Position numbers and translations under genes: made by a program. From Kyrpidia sp. (GTDB lineage Bacteria > Bacillota > Bacilli > Kyrpidiales > Kyrpidiaceae): a stretch of DNA of 64,000 nucleotides. Under the pieces are notes generated by a model. It was not told the origin of the DNA. It worked only from the letters and a program-made list of their open reading frames with translations, and made no database searches. Positions 31,285-40,659 of the stretch are shown one piece after another (the first letter of the stretch is position 1; every line of letters begins with the position of its first letter). The stretch covers positions 105,895 to 169,894 of the forward strand of contig JASBVV010000046.1 of NCBI GenBank assembly GCA_029960885.1, written 5' to 3'.

Positions 31285-32460
31285 TCACGCCCACCGAATC
31301 TGGCCCCGTTTGCGAGAAAGTGCCTTCCATCCCCCGATGCTCCACAGGTACCGGGCCTTGTTCGCTTCTTTCAGGAAGCGGGCCGCCGCCCCGGTGAGTT
31401 TCCACGTGCCCAGTTCTCCGATGCCGTTTTCCGGCCCCAGAGAAGCTAAAGTCCCCCTCAGGCGAGGGCGGAAAGCCACCGGCGGACGGCCGTGAAGCAA
31501 ACGATCAATGATCTGTGCCGCATGCTCGCCCATCTGAGTGGCGAGCTGCGCCGTGGGCGGCAGCGGGCGACCGTCCGGACCGGGAAACGCGGCGCAATCG
31601 CCGATGACAAACACCCGGGTCATGCCGGCCGGACGAAACATTTGATCCACAGGGACCCGCCCCTTTCGGTCCACTGGAAAATCGCTCTCCGCCAACAAAT
31701 GGTTTCCCCGAACACCTCCGGTCCAGATCAACAGAGAATAATCGAGAGGTGCCCGGCCATCGATGAGGATCTGTTCGCTTCTCACCTCGACCACTTTGGT
31801 CCCGGTCCGAATCTGAACCCCTTTTTCCTGCAGAATGTGCATCGCCTGACGCTGCAAGTCCGAGTCGAGCATGGGCAGGATAGTGTTCATCGCCTCGATC
31901 AACATCAGCTTCACCGCATCCAGGGGAACACCGTTTTTTTCACAGAGCCGGGGAATCCAGTCGGCCAGTTCTCCGGTCAATTCCACCCCCGTCAGTCCTC
32001 CTCCCCCGATCACCAGCCGGGCCGGATGATCCCTCGTCGCTTCTTTCACGAGACGTTCCACCCGCTGGCGAATGGCGAGGGCGGACTCAAACCCCCACAA
32101 CTGCAGGCTGTGGTTTTGGAGTCCCGGAATCCCAAAAAACTCCGTTTCACTTCCGAGGGCCACCACCAACCAATCGTATTCCAAGAACATATCATCAACT
32201 CGAACGCGCCGCTCCTTCAGGTCGATCGCCGTAACCTTTCCCACATGCAGACGCCCAAGATCGGGATCAATGATCGCTTGCAGCTCCATGCGATAATCCT
32301 CGGTATGCGCCCGACCGCCGGCCACTTCGTGCATCAATGTCGTAAACTGGTGATACGGTTGCTCATTGACCAAAGTGAAAGGGATCTCTCTGCGCTGCAA
32401 CCCGCAGGCCGTCATCATCCCTCCGTAACCGGCCCCCAAAATCAAAATTTCCTGTCCCAC
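31285..32460 (-). CDS. NAD(P)/FAD-dependent oxidoreductase, type II NADH dehydrogenase family
   Basis: GAGYGG, GGGLTGVELTGE, WTGG, IGDCA and PPTAQLA motifs. Confidence 0.88.
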   Translation of the reverse strand: MGQEILILGAGYGGMMTACGLQRREIPFTLVNEQPYHQFTTLMHEVAGGRAHTEDYRMELQAIIDPDLGRLHVGKVTAIDLKERRVRVDDMFLEYDWLVVALGSETEFFGIPGLQNHSLQLWGFESALAIRQRVERLVKEATRDHPARLVIGGGGLTGVELTGELADWIPRLCEKNGVPLDAVKLMLIEAMNTILPMLDSDLQRQAMHILQEKGVQIRTGTKVVEVRSEQILIDGRAPLDYSLLIWTGGVRGNHLLAESDFPVDRKGRVPVDQMFRPAGMTRVFVIGDCAAFPGPDGRPLPPTAQLATQMGEHAAQIIDRLLHGRPPVAFRPRLRGTLASLGPENGIGELGTWKLTGAAARFLKEANKARYLWSIGGWKALSRKRGQIRWA

Positions 32461-32526
32461 ACATTTCACCCCTTTACCAACCGGCGGATCAACTCCCACA
32501 ATCGGTCACCCCCGGCAGGTCGCGGC

Positions 32527-32556
32527 TAGTATGGCACCCCGCCCGGGGTTTTATGC
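32527..32556 (-). promoter_or_regulatory. sigmaG-type promoter for the NDH-2 gene
   Basis: GCATA-18 nt-CATACTA, a match to the sigmaG consensus. Confidence 0.65.
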
Positions 32557-32564
32557 CTCCGAAC

Positions 32565-32593
32565 TCATAGCCCGAAAGGTCAAGCCATAGAGT
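32565..32593 (+). promoter_or_regulatory. sigmaE-type promoter for the 32627 gene (and possibly ku)
   Basis: TCATAGC-14 nt-CATAGAGT. Confidence 0.55.
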
Positions 32594-32626
32594 TACAAAC
32601 AGGAGTCCGGAAAGGAGCGAAACCTG

Positions 32627-33175
32627 TTGAACATCCATCGACGGCCACGGATGTCGCGAACGGTGGTCACTTTGGCGGTGATCCTCATCGTGCTCATCAT
32701 CGCGTACGCATCGGCCGCCCCCCGGGTTTCCATGCCGGTTCAACCCCCGATTCCAGACGTCTCGGATGCCGAAGCCGACCCGATTCTCGCACAACTTCAA
32801 ACGGTCGCCAATCTCGACGAGGTGTACATGGAAAAGGACGATCACCGCCGAGTCATCGTCTATACCACGGCTTTTGTGGACGCGGACGATCCCGCACCCG
32901 TCGCCACGGCGAAACAAACCGCGCAAAAGGTTATCGCCGCGGTCTACCGAAGCGGGGTCAACATCGGGAACGTCACCGTTTTGGTCACTCGGAACAGTCA
33001 TCCCCTCTTGGGGGCCTCCCTGGGGGCGGACACTCTCCGCCAAGCCTCCGCAGAGGTGTTGTCCGGCGACTCCGCGGATGCGTTCACATCGTTTCTGGCG
33101 TCGGTCAACCACAATGACCCCCAGCATTTGGAGCAAAGCACATGGTTGGAGACCGACCCCTCGGCGGCACAATAA
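32627..33175 (+). CDS. Hypothetical exported/membrane-anchored protein
   Basis: AAAGGAG RBS with TTG start; basic N-terminus plus hydrophobic helix, then an acidic soluble domain. Confidence 0.7.
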   Translation: MNIHRRPRMSRTVVTLAVILIVLIIAYASAAPRVSMPVQPPIPDVSDAEADPILAQLQTVANLDEVYMEKDDHRRVIVYTTAFVDADDPAPVATAKQTAQKVIAAVYRSGVNIGNVTVLVTRNSHPLLGASLGADTLRQASAEVLSGDSADAFTSFLASVNHNDPQHLEQSTWLETDPSAAQ

Positions 33176-33222
33176 AGCCGTTCAACCAAGCCCGACCGGC
33201 ATGAAGGATGGGGGTGTCACTT

Positions 33223-34023
33223 GTGCGCGCCATGTGGAAAGGGAGCATTTCGTTCGGGTTGGTCAATATCCCCGTCAAGCTTTTTTCGGCCGTGGAAGAC
33301 CGAGACATTCATTTTCGCCAACTGCACAGCCGCTGCAAAACACCGATCCAATACAAAAAATGGTGTCCGCACTGCAACCAAGCCGTGGGCATGCAGGACA
33401 TCGTCCGGGGCTACGAATGGCGGCCTGGAGAATTCGTCCTCCTCACCGATGAGGATCTCGCCCGTCTTCCCCTCCCGAGTCTGCACACTGTGGAAATCGC
33501 TCAGTTCGTCAAAACCGGGGACATTGATCCCATCTATTTCGCACGGACGTATTACCTTTCTCCCCAAGAATTCGGGGAGAAACCCTACAAACTGTTGTAC
33601 CAGGCCATGCGGGAAACGGGGCTCGCCGCGTTGGCAAAAATTGCGCTGCGCAACAAAGAGCATCTCTCCCTGCTTCGCTGTTACGAACACGTATTGGCCT
33701 TGTCCTTTTTACATTTTCCCAATGAACTCCGATCCCCGGCCGAACTGCCAGACCTCGGCGCCATCGAACTCAAGGCGGCGGAACTCGAGATGGCCAAGGA
33801 TCTGATCGGACGGCTGGAGACCCCTTTTCATCCCGATGCATTCCACAACGAATACGGGGAAGCCTTGCGACAATACATCTCGGCCAAAGTATCCGAAGAT
33901 CACGTGGTTCAGATCCGTCCCGCCCGGGGCAGCGTCGTCGATCTGATGGAAGCCTTGCGGGCGAGCCTGGAGGCCGCAAAGCGGCAAGAAAAGCCGGAGC
34001 CCGTAGGGGGGCGCGGACACTGA
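33223..34023 (+). CDS. ku: Non-homologous end-joining protein Ku
   Basis: MWKGSISFGLVNIPVKL, IDPIYF and VVDLMEALRASL motifs. Confidence 0.95.
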   Translation: MRAMWKGSISFGLVNIPVKLFSAVEDRDIHFRQLHSRCKTPIQYKKWCPHCNQAVGMQDIVRGYEWRPGEFVLLTDEDLARLPLPSLHTVEIAQFVKTGDIDPIYFARTYYLSPQEFGEKPYKLLYQAMRETGLAALAKIALRNKEHLSLLRCYEHVLALSFLHFPNELRSPAELPDLGAIELKAAELEMAKDLIGRLETPFHPDAFHNEYGEALRQYISAKVSEDHVVQIRPARGSVVDLMEALRASLEAAKRQEKPEPVGGRGH

Positions 34024-36090
34024 CCCGCCGGCTCCGTACACGGCCGGCTCACCTCGGCGAACATCCAGGAGAAGCCCGCCTTGCCCCCGGGTGGACCAGC
34101 GGCGCTCTCGCCCGGTGAACCCCGGCGGTGGGGCGTCTTTCCGCAAATCCACCGCCAGCCTGTCCGGGAGGAGAATCTGCAGAGGCCAATCTCCAACCCA
34201 CACCCATTGACGGCCCATGCGCAGATGCAGTAGCATGTCCGGAGTCCAGCGCTCAATCCTCCGGACGGCCATGCGCTGGGTGAGGACCGGTACAGCCGGT
34301 TCCGGCTCCTCTTTTGCCTTTTGCGCCGGTTGGTCCTGAACCGGAGCAATCCACACGCGATCCAGCGCATGCACCCCCATCCGCCGGAGGTACGGCAGGA
34401 CCAGCATCTTCACCTCATCGGCGCGATCCGGACAGATCAGTTCCCTCCTTCCCCCTGCTTCCACAAAGACCGCCGAGCGCCCGCCGAGAGAAAAGACCAC
34501 CATCTGCTCGCCCACAGTCTGCACCGACAGAATCACCACCGCACAAAATGCGGCGACACATACCACTCCCGTGCGCCGTCCCCGGCCCCAAAGCCCCACC
34601 GCGGCCAACAGCGTCGCCGCATACGCCCCCCACACCCACACCGGCAACGGCCCCAGCCGCAACAACCATCGGCGGTCCCCGTCCATCGCCGTCACGCCTC
34701 GGACCATCCAGAGGGCCAAATGATCCGCGCCCCTCATCAACACCGCCCCGAGGCCAGGGATGTCGCCCAACATCAGAGAAAGCAAGCCCCACCCGAGAAG
34801 CAGCCCCCCGGCGGGCGGAGCCCACAGGTTGGCCAACAGTGTCCACCCGTTCCACACATAAAAATTCGAAAAAGTGAATGGACAAATGGCGATTTCGGCG
34901 GCTCCGGCCGCGGCCAAGGGCCCCGTCAGCCAGCCCGGCCCCCGCCCCGGCGCGCTTCGCAAAGCCGGCTCCAACACGAAGATCCCCCAGGTGGCCGCGT
35001 ACGAGAGTTGAAAACCGAGGTCCAACACCCATGTCGGATGCCAAAGCGTTTCCACCGCCAGCGTTGCACCCCACGCGTTGAGGGGATGCGCCGGACGCCC
35101 GAGGACCGCGGCCGTCTCGACGTACCAAACCATCGCGGCCGCCCGGGCCGCGGACGGACTTCCTCCGGTGAGCGCCGCGTAACAGGCGGCCGCCCCGCCG
35201 ATCAGCCACAGCTTTTTTCTCGGCGCCATACGCCCTTCGAGCCAATGCCTCAGCGGCCACAGGACCACATGAAGGTGTGCGCCGGATACCGCCACCACAT
35301 GGGCGACCCCCGTGAGTGCAAACGCATCGGTGATCCGCGGGTCGAGATCGGCCGTGTCTCCCAGAACCATCGCCTTGAGAAGCGCCTCGGCCGTCGGGTC
35401 GGCCTTGTCCGTCCACTGCCGTTCCAACACGGCCCGGACCCTCCCCGGCAGGCTGCGCCAGGTGACCTGAACGATCACCGCTGAACCCAGTTCCGGCTCT
35501 GCCCGATAAAACAGGGAGGTCTGTTCCCAGGGATCTGCGACATGTGGGGGGAACGGGGCGGGCGGAGGCGGAGGGGCGCGCAACCGGACCCATGCCGCAA
35601 TTCGGTCCCCCTCCGCCACCGGGGAAGACACCCGCATCCGCACCCGCAACCCTTTTCCCCTGCCGTCCGGAGCCGCATCAGGCCCGGTCCTCAGCTCGGT
35701 CAGTTCCGCCACCACCACCCTCTCCATGTCGGCCTCCCGGGGCAACACCGAGACAATCCGGGCATCGACCCATACCGGTACCCCGATCCGTCCGTCCAAC
35801 GGCGGTTCCTCGGGTGCCGCGGCCGTCCCCCCGCGCAGACACGCGGCGGCGGCCAGAACCGCCGCAACCGTCGGTCCCCGAAGTGCAACCGAGCGGATCC
35901 AGGGCAAAACTCCCGGCGGGCGAATCCGGCGAGACCGTCGATCCATCCCGGCCCACACCGCCCAAAGGATCATGGCGACCGCCGCGGCTCCGAATGCATG
36001 AATCTTCGGAATCAACAGGCCGAGAGCCGCCCAGCCGACGGCCCAGACCCCCATCAAAGGCAGAAACCGCGAATTCGGCCTGCCGGTCAT
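33709..36090 (-). CDS. comEC: ComEC/Rec2 DNA uptake channel with a degenerate C-terminal domain; 3' end overlaps ku
   Basis: GVAHVVAVSGAH, SAARAA and DLGFQLSYAAT competence-domain motifs; ATGA-coupled to comEA. Confidence 0.85.
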   Translation of the reverse strand: MTGRPNSRFLPLMGVWAVGWAALGLLIPKIHAFGAAAVAMILWAVWAGMDRRSRRIRPPGVLPWIRSVALRGPTVAAVLAAAACLRGGTAAAPEEPPLDGRIGVPVWVDARIVSVLPREADMERVVVAELTELRTGPDAAPDGRGKGLRVRMRVSSPVAEGDRIAAWVRLRAPPPPPAPFPPHVADPWEQTSLFYRAEPELGSAVIVQVTWRSLPGRVRAVLERQWTDKADPTAEALLKAMVLGDTADLDPRITDAFALTGVAHVVAVSGAHLHVVLWPLRHWLEGRMAPRKKLWLIGGAAACYAALTGGSPSAARAAAMVWYVETAAVLGRPAHPLNAWGATLAVETLWHPTWVLDLGFQLSYAATWGIFVLEPALRSAPGRGPGWLTGPLAAAGAAEIAICPFTFSNFYVWNGWTLLANLWAPPAGGLLLGWGLLSLMLGDIPGLGAVLMRGADHLALWMVRGVTAMDGDRRWLLRLGPLPVWVWGAYAATLLAAVGLWGRGRRTGVVCVAAFCAVVILSVQTVGEQMVVFSLGGRSAVFVEAGGRRELICPDRADEVKMLVLPYLRRMGVHALDRVWIAPVQDQPAQKAKEEPEPAVPVLTQRMAVRRIERWTPDMLLHLRMGRQWVWVGDWPLQILLPDRLAVDLRKDAPPPGFTGRERRWSTRGQGGLLLDVRRGEPAVYGAGGSVSAPPYGLRLFLPLCGLQARPQGFHQIDDAAPGGTDLNHVIFGYFGRDVLSQGFPVFVVECIGMKRGLQPSDQILGHLEFRRLEFDGAEVWQFGRGSEFIGKM

Positions 36091-36770
36091 TGGAGGTCGA
36101 CCCGGCTGCGGATTCGCTCGAGAAGTTTCGGTCCGATGCCGGGAACGTCCCGGAGTCGGTCCACCGAAGGGAACGGTCCATGTTCCTGACGGTATCGTAC
36201 AATGGCTTCCGCTTTGCTCTTCCCGATCCCCGGGAGCCGGTCGATCTCCTCGACGCTCCCCGAATTCAAGTGGACGACGCCGCCCGACACCGGGGATCCG
36301 CCGTTTCCATCTCCAGCCGCTGGGGGAGAAGCGGCCACGGCGGCATGGGAACCGGACACAGGCGCATTCCCGCCCGCCGGGCCCCCGGGCACCACCACCA
36401 TGCCACCGTCCTCCAGTTTGGCCGCCAGGTTGATGCCGTCCAACCGGCCGGATTCAAGCACCCCGCCCGCCGCCTCCACGGCCTCTTTCACCCGGGACCC
36501 CGGGGCCAGTTGGTAGACTCCGGGGCTGCGCACCGCCCCTTTGACATCCACGGCGATCGTTCGCTGTCGGGCATCCGACGATTGGGGACCCTTGCCCGCG
36601 ATGACCGACACATCCACAGCCGCCGGGGCCACCTCCGCATCGGACCGGGGACCGCCACTCCCAAACAGCCACACGGCGGCCCCCGCCGCCGCCAGAAGAG
36701 GCAGCGCCCACCACCATCTGCGCACTTGCCGCCAAAGGTCCCCCTGCCCGCCGACCTCAGCCCGTTCCAC
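36087..36770 (-). CDS. comEA: Competence DNA receptor ComEA
   Basis: TM anchor, SLBB (VDVKGAVRSPGVY, INLAAKLEDG), two HhH motifs (LPGIGKSKA, VPGIGPK). Confidence 0.93.
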   Translation of the reverse strand: MERAEVGGQGDLWRQVRRWWWALPLLAAAGAAVWLFGSGGPRSDAEVAPAAVDVSVIAGKGPQSSDARQRTIAVDVKGAVRSPGVYQLAPGSRVKEAVEAAGGVLESGRLDGINLAAKLEDGGMVVVPGGPAGGNAPVSGSHAAVAASPPAAGDGNGGSPVSGGVVHLNSGSVEEIDRLPGIGKSKAEAIVRYRQEHGPFPSVDRLRDVPGIGPKLLERIRSRVDLQ

Positions 36771-36860
36771 CGGCCATCACCTCCGGTGACTGGAGTTCGA
36801 CAAAAAACCCCCGGGCCCTTTTCTTGAAACTGTCCAATTCCATTCAACAGATTCAGCCGT

Positions 36861-36890
36861 TTGCAACATCGGGGAATGGAATAGTACAAT
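36861..36890 (+). promoter_or_regulatory. sigmaA promoter for mntR
   Basis: TTGCAA-18 nt-TACAAT. Confidence 0.55.
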
Positions 36891-36925
36891 GAAACAGAAC
36901 CCTTTGGGAAAGCGGGGCCTGTCGC

Positions 36926-37375
36926 ATGCTCACACCCAGCATGGAAGATTACTTGGAGACCATTTATGAACTGATGAAGGAAAAAGGTTACGCGCGAGTA
37001 TCGGACATCGCGACAATCCTCGCTGTGCAACCTTCCTCCGTAACCAAGATGATCCAGAAGCTGGACGAAAAGAATTTTGTGACCTACGAAAAATACCGTG
37101 GATTGGTATTAACCCCGGAAGGCGAAGAACTGGGGCGAAACATGAAACAGCGTCACCGGATGCTCGAGGACTTTCTCCGGCTTTTGGGCGTCAGCGAAAC
37201 CACCATTCGCAAAGACGTCGAGGGCATCGAACATCACATCAGCCCCAGCACGATGCGCTCCCTTCACAGCCTGGTCCTCTTTTTCCAGGAACATCCGGAA
37301 TACCAAAAAGCTTTTGAGAGGTACCGCCTGCGCCAGTTGGAGCCGCTGGACAACCTGCAGGCGATCGACGAATAA
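36926..37375 (+). CDS. mntR: Manganese-responsive regulator MntR (DtxR family)
   Basis: TPSMEDYLE, KGYARVSDIA, YEKYRG and DVEGIEHH motifs. Confidence 0.9.
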   Translation: MLTPSMEDYLETIYELMKEKGYARVSDIATILAVQPSSVTKMIQKLDEKNFVTYEKYRGLVLTPEGEELGRNMKQRHRMLEDFLRLLGVSETTIRKDVEGIEHHISPSTMRSLHSLVLFFQEHPEYQKAFERYRLRQLEPLDNLQAIDE

Positions 37376-37517
37376 GCCCGGTCTAACGCTCCGTCCTGAG
37401 GAGTCGCGACTTTTTTGCGCGGCAAGCCCCTGGAGAGTCCCGGTATATATAACAAGGGCCGGACAACCGGTCCGGCCGGGTTCCATGTCGACACCCCGTC
37501 CACTTTCGGAGAATTCT

Positions 37518-39983
37518 TCAGCCTTTCACCACAATGTTCACCAGCTTTTGCGGCACGACGATCACTTTGACCACACGCTTGCCGCCTGTCCACTCTCGAA
37601 CCTTTTCGGCACCGAGGGCGGTCTCGCGGACTTCCTCTTCTCCCGCCTCCGCAGGCACCACAATGTGATCCCGGACCTTTCCGTTCACCTGCACGGCGTA
37701 CTCCACCTCTTCGACGGCCAATTCCGCCGGATCGTAAGTCGGCCAGCTCTGCTCATGGACGCTGCCGCTCTCGCCCATCTGTTCCCACAGTTCTTCACAA
37801 ATGTGCGGCGCCGCGGGAGCCAACAAGAGGACCGCCGTACGGATCGCCTCGGCCTTGGTGGCGGGATCCGCTTCCGGGGGATAGGCGTAGATCGCGTTGA
37901 CCAGCTCCATGATGGCGCTGATTCCGGTGTTAAAGGTGTATCGCTCGCCGAAATCCTCGGTGACCTTCTTGATCGTCCAATTCACCTTGCGGCGCAGCGC
38001 CCGGGCATCCGCCCCGTTCCTGTCCCCGGCGGGGGCCGCCAATCCATCGCGGTTTTGCATCACCAGGCGCCAGACCCGGTTGAGAAACCGGTGACACCCT
38101 TCGACGCCCTGGTCGCTCCATTCCAAATCCCGATCGGGAGGAGCGGCGAACAGGATGAACAACCGGGCCGTGTCCGCCCCGTACCGGTCGATGATGTCGT
38201 CCGGGGAGACCACATTTCCCTTGGATTTGGACATCTTCGCCCCTTCTTTGATCACCATTCCCTGTGTGAGCAGATGGCGGAACGGCTCGGGAAACGAAAC
38301 CCATCCGGCATCCTGGAGGACCTTGGTAAAAAATCGGGAATACAGCAGGTGCAGCACCGCATGCTCAATCCCCCCGATGTAATCGTCGACGGGCAGCCAT
38401 TTGCGGACCGCCTCGGGATCGAAAGGACGGGTGGTCTCCTTGGGACTCGTATACCGAAAATAGTACCAGGAAGAACACATGAACGTGTCCATGGTGTCCG
38501 TCTCCCGCCGGGCCGGTCCTCCGCACCGGGGACAGGCGGTGTTCACAAAAGCTTCATTGGTGGCCAGTGGCGACACCGTTCCGGGCTCAAAGGAAACGTC
38601 CTCGGGCAACAGCACCGGCAACTGCTCCTCGGGCACCGGGACGATCCCGCAGTGGTCGCAATACACGATCGGGATGGGTGCTCCCCAGTACCGCTGCCGG
38701 GAAATCAGCCAATCCCGGATCCGGTAGGACGTGGCGAAACGCCCCTTCCCCACCCGTTCCAGGTGGGCGGTGATGGATTGGATGGCTTCGCGGTTGTTCA
38801 TCCCATCCCATTGCCCCGAATTCGTCAATACCCCGTCTTCAACATAAGCATTGGGAAGAGGATCCGGAAGCGGGCGATCCTCGGGGCGAATCACGGCGCG
38901 AATCGGGAGTCCGTACTTGGCGGCAAAAGCAAAGTCCCGCTCGTCGTGGGCCGGCACGCCCATCACGGCGCCGGTTCCGTAATCCACAAGCACGTAGTTG
39001 GCCAGCCAGATCGGCACGCGCTCCCCGGTCAGCGGATGAAGGGCGTGGGCGCCGGTGAACACGCCCAGTTTTTCCGCATCGGCGGCCGTCCGCTCAACCT
39101 CGGAGGCCGACCGCATCATCGCCTGAAAAGCCTCCACCGTTTCCCGTTCCGGGGAATCTTGGATGAGGGCGGGCACCAGGGGGTGTTCCGGAGCCAGGAC
39201 CATATACGTGACCCCAAACAAGGTGTCCGGCCGGGTGGTGAACACCCGGATCGTCTCCGGCCGCCCTTCAATCGCAAACTCCACCTCGGCGCCGGTGCTC
39301 CGGCCGATCCAATTCCGTTGCATGACCTTGACCCGTTCCGGCCATCCGGTCAAGGTGTCCAAGTCTTCCAACAGTCGATCCGCATACTCTGTGATACGCA
39401 GGAACCATTGTTCCAGTTCCCGTTTCGTCACCTCGGAGCCGCAACGCCAACACCGTCCGTTCTCCACCTGCTCGTTGGCCAGGACGGTCACGCAGTGCGG
39501 GCACCAGTTCACCGCCGCTTTCTTCTTGTAGGCGAGCCCCCGGCGATAAAAGAGGAGAAACATCCACTGGGTGAACTTATAGTAGTCCGGGGCGCAGGTG
39601 GTCACTTCCCGGTCCCAGTCATAGCTGACCCCGAGCCGCTTTTGCTGTTGTCGCATGTGATCGATATTCTCGTATGTCCACTTGCGGGGATGGACGCCGT
39701 GCTGGATCGCCGCATTCTCCGCCGGCATGCCGAAGGCGTCCCATCCCATCGGATGCAGGACGTTGTACCCCTGCATCCGTTTCACCCGGGCCACCACGTC
39801 GCCGATGGTGTAAACCCGCACGTGGCCCATGTGCAATTTTCCCGACGGATAGGGAAACATTTCCAGACAGTAGTAGTGAGGCCGCCCCTCGTCGTCGGGA
39901 GTGCGGTACAAACCGTCCCGCTCCCATTTTTCCTGCCATTTTCGCTCAATGATTGCCGGCATGTACGGTTGTTGTTCGGTCAC
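37518..39983 (-). CDS. leuS: Leucyl-tRNA synthetase
   Basis: [13 protein letters not shown], editing domain FTTRPDT and KMSKS motifs; GTG start with AAGGAGG RBS. Confidence 0.97.
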   Translation of the reverse strand: MTEQQPYMPAIIERKWQEKWERDGLYRTPDDEGRPHYYCLEMFPYPSGKLHMGHVRVYTIGDVVARVKRMQGYNVLHPMGWDAFGMPAENAAIQHGVHPRKWTYENIDHMRQQQKRLGVSYDWDREVTTCAPDYYKFTQWMFLLFYRRGLAYKKKAAVNWCPHCVTVLANEQVENGRCWRCGSEVTKRELEQWFLRITEYADRLLEDLDTLTGWPERVKVMQRNWIGRSTGAEVEFAIEGRPETIRVFTTRPDTLFGVTYMVLAPEHPLVPALIQDSPERETVEAFQAMMRSASEVERTAADAEKLGVFTGAHALHPLTGERVPIWLANYVLVDYGTGAVMGVPAHDERDFAFAAKYGLPIRAVIRPEDRPLPDPLPNAYVEDGVLTNSGQWDGMNNREAIQSITAHLERVGKGRFATSYRIRDWLISRQRYWGAPIPIVYCDHCGIVPVPEEQLPVLLPEDVSFEPGTVSPLATNEAFVNTACPRCGGPARRETDTMDTFMCSSWYYFRYTSPKETTRPFDPEAVRKWLPVDDYIGGIEHAVLHLLYSRFFTKVLQDAGWVSFPEPFRHLLTQGMVIKEGAKMSKSKGNVVSPDDIIDRYGADTARLFILFAAPPDRDLEWSDQGVEGCHRFLNRVWRLVMQNRDGLAAPAGDRNGADARALRRKVNWTIKKVTEDFGERYTFNTGISAIMELVNAIYAYPPEADPATKAEAIRTAVLLLAPAAPHICEELWEQMGESGSVHEQSWPTYDPAELAVEEVEYAVQVNGKVRDHIVVPAEAGEEEVRETALGAEKVREWTGGKRVVKVIVVPQKLVNIVVKG

Positions 39984-40014
39984 GACCCAAGACCTCCTTG
40001 ACGCCACTCATCAC

Positions 40015-40221
40015 AAAAGCCTCTCCCCCCAGCTCGTGCCAGGGACGAGAGGCCCGTTGCCCACTGCGGTCATGCCTTGATCGGAGACATGCCCTTCGAG
40101 TTGTGTTCCCACGGACACCGGCTGGTGTCCTGAAGCATCAACCCGCGCCCGCCGCTGGTTTCCCTCCGGTAAAAGGGCGATTGTCCAAACAGCAACCCCG
40201 TGCGATCAACTGACAATTTTA
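40015..40221 (-). ncRNA. Structured leuS 5' leader with terminator/antiterminator, not a canonical T-box
   Basis: Several complementary helices, a GAAA-capped hairpin, and a terminator GCCTCTC...GAGAGGC-TTTT at 40053-40015; no GGTGGNACC. Confidence 0.55.
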
Positions 40222-40227
40222 CGGTAC

Positions 40228-40256
40228 ATTATACATGGCTCGACAGCCCGTGTCAA
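40228..40256 (-). promoter_or_regulatory. Consensus sigmaA promoter for the leuS leader
   Basis: Perfect TTGACA-17 nt-TATAAT. Confidence 0.9.
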
Positions 40257-40275
40257 TTGAGCTGTCGGGGAGGTG

Positions 40276-40626
40276 TCAAGAGGATTGGGACACCACCGGC
40301 GCGTCCCCCCAAAGGCGCTCCAGATGGTAAAATTCCCGTTCCTCTTCTCGAAACACATGCACCACCACATCGCCAAAATCCAAGAGGATCCAGCGAGCCT
40401 CGTCCCGTCCTTCCACCCCCCGGACCAAGGCCCCGTGCTCCTCCATCTTTTCGCGCACATGATCGGCGATGGCCTGCACCTGCGTCCTCGACTGGCCGCT
40501 GCATATGACAAAGTAATCCGCGATGATCGAGAGTTCCCGAATGTCGAGAATCACCACATTCCCGGCTTTCTTGTCCACTGCGGCATCGGCCGCGAGGTGC
40601 GCCAAACGGGCCATCTGTGCACTCAT
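40276..40626 (-). CDS. rsfS: Ribosome silencing factor RsfS
   Basis: DKKA, ADYFVICSG, WILLDFGDVVVHVF and YHLERLW motifs. Confidence 0.95.
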   Translation of the reverse strand: MSAQMARLAHLAADAAVDKKAGNVVILDIRELSIIADYFVICSGQSRTQVQAIADHVREKMEEHGALVRGVEGRDEARWILLDFGDVVVHVFREEEREFYHLERLWGDAPVVSQSS

Positions 40627-40659
40627 TCCCACGCCTCCCCTGTAGAATCCCGCGCTTCG

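Noticed and set aside
37314-40001. 895-aa plus-strand ORF
   Set aside because: Mirror frame of leuS
40015-40221. Calling the leuS leader a canonical T-box, 6S RNA, SRP RNA or ppGpp riboswitch
   Set aside because: Hallmark motifs (GGUGGNACC, SRP CAGG..GGAA..AGCA, ykkC AGGGUUCCG) are not present; left unassigned
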